Assembly: GCA_002269645.1 (NCBI GenBank)
Contig: NIVC01000010.1
Location: 2,170,001-2,234,000, forward strand
DNA length: 64,000 bases
DNA from: Macrostomum lignano
Lineage: Eukaryota
Reading direction: 5' to 3'
Shown in pieces: positions 24,201 through 33,200 of this stretch. Position 1 is the first letter of the stretch, and each line of letters opens with the position of its first letter. The position numbers and the translations under genes were made by a program. The notes under the pieces were generated by a model. That model saw only the letters and a program-made list of their open reading frames with translations, was not told the DNA's origin and did not search any database.

Positions 24201-27200
24201 GGAGGCACTCGAACAAACGAGATAAGAAACAGAATCAGCCAGGGAGCACAGCATCAACACATCTGGCTATGATAGGAAACAAGAAATGCAAGAGTAAAAC
24301 AAGAATCAACACGATTAGGTAGAATCAGTGCTTGTTTATATGAGAGAGGAGGGTAAGAAAACAGAAGGGGGGCAGAGGAGAGGAAGAGAGGAGAGACAAA
24401 GAGGGAGAGCGAGGAGAGAATAGAGAACCATACAGTAGAGTTAGAGGAGAACCAAGAGAAGAGAGAGGAGAACCAAGAGGAGAGAGAGGAGAACCAAGAG
24501 AAGAGAGAGGAGAACCAAGAGAAGAGAGAGGAGAACCAAGAGGAGAGAGAGGAGAACCAAGAGGAGAGAGAGGAGAACCAAGAGAAGAGAGAGGAGAACC
24601 AAGAGGAGAGAGAGGAGAACCAAGAGGAGAGAGAGGAGAACCAAGAGGAGAGAGGAGAACCAAGAGGAGAGAGGAGAACCAAGAGGAGAGAGGAGAACCA
24701 AGAGGAGAGAGAGGAGAACCACAGAGGAGAGAGGAGAACCAAGAGGAGAGAGGAGAACCAAGAGGAGAGAGGAGAACCAAGAGGAGAGAGAGGAGAACCA
24801 AGAGTAGAGAGGAGAACCACAGGAGAGAGGAGAACCACAGAGGAGAGAGGAGAACCACAGGAGAGAGGAGAACCACAGGAGAGAGGAGAACCACAGGAGA
24901 GAGGAGAACCACAGGAGAGAGGAGAACCACAGGAGAGAGGAGAACCACAGGAGAGAGGAGAACCACAGGAGAGAGGAGAACCACAGGAGAGAGGAGAACC
25001 ACAGGAGAGAGGAGAACCACAGGAGAGAGGAGAACCACAGAGGAGAGGAGAACCACAGAGGAGAGGAGAACCACAGAGGAGAGGAGAACCACAGAGGAGA
25101 GGAGAACCACAGGAGAGAGGAGAACCACAGGAGAGAGGAGAACCACAGGAGAGAGGAGAACCACAGGAGAGAGGAGAACCACAGAGGAGAGGAGAACCAC
25201 AGAGGAGAGGAGAACCACAGGAGAGAGGAGAACCACAGGAGAGAGGAGAACCACAGGAGAGAGGAGAACCACAGGAGAGAGGAGAACCACAGGAGAGAGG
25301 AGAACCACAGGAGAGAGGAGAACCACAGAGGAGAGAGGAGAACCACAGGAGAGAGGAGAACCACAGGAGAGAGGAGAACCACAGGAGAGAGGAGAACCAC
25401 AGGAGAGAGGAGAACCACAGGAGAGAGGAGAACCACAGGAGAGAGGAGAACCACAGGAGAGAGGAGAACCACAGGAGAGAGGAGAACCACAGGAGAGAGG
25501 AGAACCACAGGAGAGAGGAGAACCACAGGAGAGAGGAGAACCACAGGAGAGAGGAGAACCACAGGAGAGAGGAGAACCACAGGAGAGAGGAGAACCACAG
25601 GAGAGAGGAGAACCACAGGAGAGAGGAGAACCACAGGAGAGAGGAGAACCACAGGAGAGAGGAGAACCACAGGAGAGAGGAGAACCACAGGAGAGAGGAG
25701 AACCACAGAGGAGAGAGGAGAACCACAGAGGAGAGAGGAGAACCACAGAGGAGAGAGGAGAACCACAGAGGAGAGAGGAGAGCCACAGAGGAGAGAGGAG
25801 AACCACAGAGGAGATAGAACTACACAGTAAACACAGGAGAGAAAAGATAGAATTTTCAGGCCCAAATCCAAAAAGGCATCAAAGTGTGTCCACTTAGATA
25901 AGATTAGGACCCATATAATCTACAGCACGATATCAGATATCACCAAGTCTTCGATAACAAACAGGAGAAACATGCACAAATAATTTCCATTCCAGGCGTG
26001 AATTTCCAGAAGTCCTTGCGCGGCCCAATATATAGCCCAGCAGCATGCAGAGGCAACAGGGCATATAAAACACTCAAGCAAGCGCACACAGTACCTTCCG
26101 ACCTCGATGATGAGAGAAAGGAAGGAAGAACCGCGTTAATTGCATTAGAATGCAGCTCAGCTCAGGCCACCCCTATCCCTAGCCCCCCTCGCCTCAGTCC
26201 AACAAGAAAAAGCCGACGAGGCTGAGAGCGTTAAATTGAATTAGTGAGGCCGAGTGCATCCTATTAGACAAGAGTTCGAAGCGAAAAAATGTGCAAGTCC
26301 ATCAATACTTTGGTGGAAAACTGAAGTTTACCTGCTTAGCCTAGCCTACTCAGATTACTTCCTGCTAGAGAAACATCTCAGAGAAAGACTATTGACCCAA
26401 AGCTGTTTAAGTGTGTCCATGTGTCTTAACTATAATTAACTAAGCCAGTTTTAACGGTTCAGGGGTCACTGCTCAGTGAAATCGGCTTGCCCAAGACTCT
26501 GGGTCCGTGCTAGATTTAATGTAGAGTCTCTGAATCATGTTTGAAGTGCCCCAACTAGCCTACTGAGTTAGTAGAAAGTACCTCAATTAAACAAGAAAAG
26601 AAAATTTATAAGTTTAAAAAAATTATAAACAGAAAAAAATTAACAAGCTAATAAGCACTTACATCTGATCCCAACTCGTCAATAGCTGAAACAGTCAAAC
26701 GGGATAAGGTAAGAAAAACAAAAATAATAAATTAATTTACAAAATCTTAGTTGCAAACACGCGATGCCCATGAGACAATTATTGCGACAGGATAAAATAG
26801 CATACAAAAAGCTTATATTGCTACTAACAACCGATTTTGAGTAGAAATATACGAATTTTACTTCTAGTTTTACTCTCAACAATTTAATTCTTTCGCAAAT
26901 CACGATAATTACATCCCAAACTTTCTCATTAAAGTCAGTCCATCAAATCAACAAGTCAATCTATCAAATCAACAAGTCAATCTATCAAATCAACAAGTCA
27001 ATCTTTCAGAAATCAACAAGTCAATCTATCAGAAATCAACAAGTCAATCTATCAGAAATCAACAAGTCAATCTATTAGAAATCAACAAGTCAATCTATCA
27101 GAAATCAACAAGTCAATCTATCAGAAATCAACAAGTCAATCTATCAGAAATCAACAAGTCAATCTATCAGAAATCAACAAGTCAATCTATCAGAAATCAA

Positions 27201-30200
27201 CAAGTCAATCTATCAGAAATCAACAAGTCAATCTATCAAAAATCAACAAGTCAATCTATCAGAAATCAACAAGTCAATCTATCAGAAATCAACAAGTCAA
27301 TCTATTAGAAATCAACAAGTCAATCTATCAGAAATCAACAAGTCAATCTATCAGAAATCAACAAGTCAATCTATCAGAAATCAACAAGTCAATCTATCAG
27401 AAATCAACAAGTCAATCTATAAGAAATCAACAAGTCAATCTATCAGAAATCAACAAGTCAATCTATCAGAAATCAACAAGTCAATCTATCAGAAATCAAC
27501 AAGTCAATCTATCAGAAATTAACAAGTCAATCTATCAGAAATCAACAAGTCAATCTATCAAATCAACAAGTCAATCTATCAGAAATCAACAAGTCAATCT
27601 ATCAGAAATCAACAAGTCAATCTATCAGAAATCAACAAGTCAATCTATCAGAAATCAACAAGTCAATCTATCAGAAATCAACAAGTCAATCTATCAGAAA
27701 TCAACAAGTCAATCTATCAGAAATTAACAAGTCAATCTATCAAAAATCAACAAGTCAATCTATCAGAAATCAACAAGTCAATCTATCAGAAATCAACAAG
27801 CCAATCTATCAGAAATCAACAAGTCAATCTATCAGAAATCAACAAGTCAATCTATCAGAAATCAACAAGTCAATCTATCAGAAATTAACAAGTCAATCTA
27901 TCAGAAATCAACAAGTCAATCTATCAGAAATCAACAAGTCAATCTATCAGAAATCAACAAGCCAATCTATCAGAAATCAACAAGCCAATCTATCAGAAAT
28001 CAACAAGTCAATCTATCAGAAATCAACAAGTCAATCTATCAGAAATCAACATGTTAATCTATCAGAAATCAACAAGTCAATCTATCAGAAATTAACAAGT
28101 CAATCTATCAAAAATCAACAAGTCAATCTATCAGAAATCAACAAGTCAATCTATCAGAAATCAACAAGTCAATCTATCAGAAATCAACAAGTCAATCTAT
28201 CAGAAATCAACAAGTCAATCTATCAGAAATCAACAAGTCAATCAAATCAGAAATCAACAAGTCAATCTATTAGAAATCAACAAGTCAATCTATCAGAAAT
28301 CAACAAGTCAATCTATCAGAAATCAACAAGTCAATCTATCAGAAATCAACAAGTCAATCTATCAGAAATCAACAAGTCAATCAATCAGAAATCAACAAGT
28401 CAATCTATCAAAAATCAACAAGTCAATCTATCAGAAATCAACAAGTCAATCTATCAGAAATCAACAAGTCAATCTATCAGAAATCAACAAGTCAATCTAT
28501 CAGAAATCAACAAGTCAATCTATCAGAAATCAACAAGTCAATCTATCAGAAATCAACAAGTCAATCAAATCAGAAATTAACAAGTCAATCTATCAAAAAT
28601 CAACAAGTCAATCTATCAGAAATCAACAAGTCAATCTATCAGAAATCAACAAGTCAATCTATCAGAAATCAACAAGTCAATCTATCAGAAATCAACAAGT
28701 CAATCAATCAGAAATCAACAAGTCAATCTATCAGAAATCAACAAGTCAAACTATCAGAAATCAACAAGTCAATCAAATCAACAAGTCAATCTATCAGAAA
28801 TCAACAAGTCAATCTATCAGAAATCAACAAGTCAATCTATCAGAAATCAACAAGTCAATCAATCAGAAATCAACAAGTCAATCTATCAGAAATCAACAAG
28901 TCAATCTATCAGAAATCAACAAGTCAATCAAATCAACAAGTCAATCTATTAAACCTACAATCTAATAGCAAAACAAGCCAATAAGCCACTCACTCTGCGT
29001 TGGCGGATTGAAGAAGTTAAAGAACGAATCCGCCTCGACAGTCTTCGTGACAGTTCGCTTCTGCCCGCTGCCCCGGTGCTTCTGCACTTTGCGCACCACT
29101 TTAACCGTGGCATTTTTGCCAGCCTTCCACAGGATCTCGCAGCCGCTGCAGCGAACAATCTCGGGGCCCTCATAGTCCCACGGGTGCTCAGGATCCGGCA
29201 CCATTCTCAAATAATAATGCTTAGTAAGCATACTATTAGAGAAGTATTCGTTTGGCGAGAAATGAAACTCCAATACGAAACCGCTCTGCTCTCCGCTGAA
29301 CGTGATCACCTTGATGTCGGTCAGGTGGCGCAGTATCGGCTCGTCTTGATCGCGAATCATCTGGCTCAGCAGGTCGACGTTCTTGAGCGCCGTCAGCCAG
29401 AACCCCGGCACGCCTGGGCCTGCGGGCTGCTGCAGCTGCTGCTCCGACTGAGGTGCGTCACCGGCCTGACCTCCGGCTCCGTTGGTCAGAGCCGTCTGGC
29501 GAGGGAAGGGGGGGATAATGGCTCTAATTAGGATATCTGATTGGGATTTCTAATTGGGATCTATATTGAGATTTCTAATTAGGATTTAAAGTGGGGGTTT
29601 ATAATTTGGATTTCTAATTGAATTTCCAATTGGAATTTCTAATTGGGATATAAAGTGGGGATTTCTAATTGGGATTTCTGATTGGAATTTCTAGTTTGGA
29701 TTTTTAATTAGGATTTCTAGTTGGGATTTCTAATGGGGATTTCCAGTGAGGATTTCTAGTGGGGATTTCTAATTGGGATTTCTAGTGGGGATTTTTAAAG
29801 GGGATTTCCAGTGAGGATTTCTCGTGGTGATTTCTAGTGGGAATTTATAGTGGTGATTGCTAGTGGGGATTTGATTTATAGTGGGGATTTCTAGTGAGGA
29901 TTGCTAGTGGGGATTTCTAATGGATCTTCTACAGGGGATTTCTAATTGGGAATTTTAATGGGGATTCCTAGTGGGGATTTCTAATTGGCATTTTTAGGGG
30001 GATTTCTAGTTGGGATTTCTAATGGAGATTTCTAATGGGGATTTCTAATGGAGATTTCTGGTGAAGATCTCTAATTCTAGTAGGGATTTCTAGTGCGGAT
30101 TTTTAATGAAGATTTCTAGTGGGGATTTCTAGTGGGGATTTCTAGTGGGGATTTCTAATTGGGATTTCTACTGGGAATATGATAGCTAAACAATCGCCCT

Positions 30201-33200
30201 CACCTTCTCCCTCAGCAGATTTGCCAGTTCAACCTCAGACTCCGTGGTCTCCGGCCAGTCAGCCTCCTCATCAGTTGGCTCAACGCTGCCCAGAACAATT
30301 TGCTGTCGCCGATTCAACTGCTCGGCAAATCGATCGGCGTAGCGCATCTCCAAATCGTGCAGCTCGCGGTAGAACTCGGACTCAATTTCCAGCGAGCGGA
30401 ACTGCAACTTCTTGAGGGCGCGAACCCGGCGCTTCACCGGCTCCGGCAGCCTGCGGTGCGACATCATTGGTTGGGGGCGATTTTTAATTTTAATTTTAAT
30501 TGAGAGGCGATTTTTATGGGGATAAAAATAAGTTTAATTTTAATTTTAATTTGAGAGGCGATTTTTATGGGGATTAATTTGAGATGCGATTTTTATGGGG
30601 ATTAATTTGAGAGGCGATTTTTATGGGGATTAATTTGAGAGGCGATTTTTATGGGGATTAATTTTAGAGGCGATTTTTATGGGGATTAATTTGAGAGGCG
30701 ATTTTTATGGGGATTAATTTGAGAGGCGATTTTTATGGGGATTAATGTGAGAGGCGATTTTTTTAAGGAATTAATTTGAGGGGCGATTTTTATGGGGATT
30801 AATTTGAGATGCGCTTTTTATGGGGATTAATTTGAGAGGCAATTTTTATGGGGATTAATTTGAGAGGCGATTTTTATGGGGATTAATTTGAGAGGCGATT
30901 TTTATGGGGATTAATTTGAGAGGCGATTTTTATGGGGATTAATTTGAGAGGCGTTTTTATGGGGATTAATGTGAGAGGCGATTTTTTGAGGGATTAATTT
31001 GAGGGGCGATTTTAATGGGGATTAATTTGAGAGGCGATTTTTATGGGGATTAATTTGAGATGCGATTTTTATACGGATTAATTTGAGAGGCGATTTTATG
31101 GGGATTAATTTGAGAGGCGATTTTTATGGGGATTAATTTGAGAGGCGATTTTTATGGGGATTAATTTGAGGGGCGATTTTTATGGGATTAATTTGAAAGG
31201 CAATTTTTTAAAAGTTATAAGTTTGAATTGCAAGAGTGTGAGGTGTTTAAGATGCCAAAACACACAACATGTATAACAAAAATATTTTTATGTTTTTTAA
31301 TAACGAATGAAAATGATACAGATAGCAGTCCAGACTAGATTAATACAATAGCATAGAGCAGTAATTATAATAAAAAATCCAGCCCAAATGATAGATGGAC
31401 GGTTATAAGATATCAAGTAAATCAAAAAAGAAGATATAATAAGGATGCGATAATTTTAGAACAGCTCGAATAATATTCTCCCATGGGGAATGCAGGGCAA
31501 GGCAAGATTAATCCCAAACATCCCAAATATCCGTCTTAGATTTTTTCCCATTTCTTGACTTCCGAAGGCAGAATTTTTAATCCATCAATCATTTTTATTC
31601 TTTTTTTCCTGTGAAAGAATATTTAGTAGGATTATATTTTACACAAAGGGAGAATTTATGTATCTTTGTCGTTGGAGATTAAAAGTACTTAGAGAGTCCT
31701 CAGAGTGTCACGAGATAAAGGACCCACTGAAATACAGAATGATACGACTGAGATAACCGAGGGCCATATATTGGTCCCAGGTCGCTTCATGGAAATAGAA
31801 ATTTCAAAATCTACACAGTATAATTTTACCAGCAGAAATTTTATACCCCAGAACAGGGGCCGGCAAACTTCGGCCCGCGAAGCCCCTCTATCCGGACCAG
31901 CTCGAATCTTTTGAAATTTCACAATAGCAATCCGGCCCGCTTAAGATTTGCGTCTCTTCTCAGCTCTCTTCTCTCCTCACTCCCTTCTCTCTTCTCTCCT
32001 CACTCTCTTCTCTCATCACTCCCTTCTCTCTTCTCTCCTGACTCCCTTCTCTCTTCTCTCATCACTCCCTTCTCTCTTCTCTCCTCACTCCCTTCTCTCT
32101 TCTCTCATCACTCCCTTCTCTCTTCTCTCCTCACTCCCTTCTCTCCTCACTCCCTTCTCTCTTCTCTCCTGACTCCCTTCTCTCTTCTCTCATCACTCCC
32201 TTCTCTCTTCTCTCCTCACTCCCTTCTCTCTTCTCTCATCACTCCCTTCTCTCTTCTCTCCTCACTCCCTTCTCTCTTTTCTCCTCACTCCCTTCTCTCC
32301 TCACTCCCTTCTTTCTTCTCTCCTGACTCCCTTCTCTCTTCTCTCATCACTCCCTTCTCTCTTCTCTCATCACTCCCTTCTCTCTTCTCTCCTCACTCCC
32401 TTCTCTCTTCTCTCCTCACTCTCCTCTCTTCTCTCCTCACTCCCTTCTCTCATCACTCCCTTCTCTCATCACTCCCTTCTCTCTTCTCTCATCACTCCCT
32501 TCTCTCTTCTCTCCTCACTCTCCTCTCTTCTCTCCTCACTCCCTTCTCTCATCACTCCCTTCTCTCATCACTCCCTTCTCTCTTCTCTCATCACTCCCTT
32601 CTCTCTTCTCTCATCACTCCCTTCTCTCTTCTCTCATCACTCCCTTCTCTCTTCTCTCCTCACTCTCTTCTCTCCTCACTCCCTTCTGTCTTCTCTCATC
32701 ACTGCCTTCTCTCCTCACTCACTTCTCTCATCACTCCCTTCTTTCCTTACTTCCTGCTCTCTTCTGTTATCACTCCCTTCTCTTTTCTCTTCTCTCCCTA
32801 CTCCTCTCTTCTCTTATCTCTCCTCTCTCATCCAGCCATGAGCTGGATGCTTTGTTTGTTTCTCAAGTTAAAAACAATTGCCAAAACTTCTTGCGCAACC
32901 AAAGAGGCGCATAAATTCGCGCAATCTATGGCAAATACCCAAAACATGCACTTCCTCACAAAGAACCTTGACATATTTGTGCCTCTTACCTTTGATAACT
33001 GCCAAAGGCATCCAGACGTTTCTCTGCCACCGTGGACTCGTCCGTGTCAGACATTTTAACCGATCAAAATTTGCTTATTACAGCTTTACAGCTCGACTTG
33101 GGGTCGTTGAATTTCTATGCAATATAAGCACACACTTGCAAGAATATGCATGCGAAGGCACTCATATATATATAGCAACTCCACTCTCTCCAACTTGAGA

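Noticed and set aside
24254-25871. Three 476-510 aa ORFs
   Set aside because: They are translations of an 18-nt stop-free minisatellite in all three minus frames, inside a NAP1 intron.
26095-26102. Alternative 8-nt NAP1 micro-exon (SRK)
   Set aside because: It is phase-compatible but has a weak GAG acceptor. The 23-nt exon at 26685-26663 has TTTCAG/GTAAGT sites and a fitting acidic sequence.
21490-28950. CRISPR-like regular short repeats
   Set aside because: The repeats are contiguous with no unique spacers, there are no cas genes, and the context is eukaryotic.
30451-30467. ATG ATG (MMSHRR) as the NAP1 start
   Set aside because: A CAG acceptor at 30452-30451 joins in the correct phase to upstream exons encoding the NAP1-like NDPSVLAQYQKEL segment.
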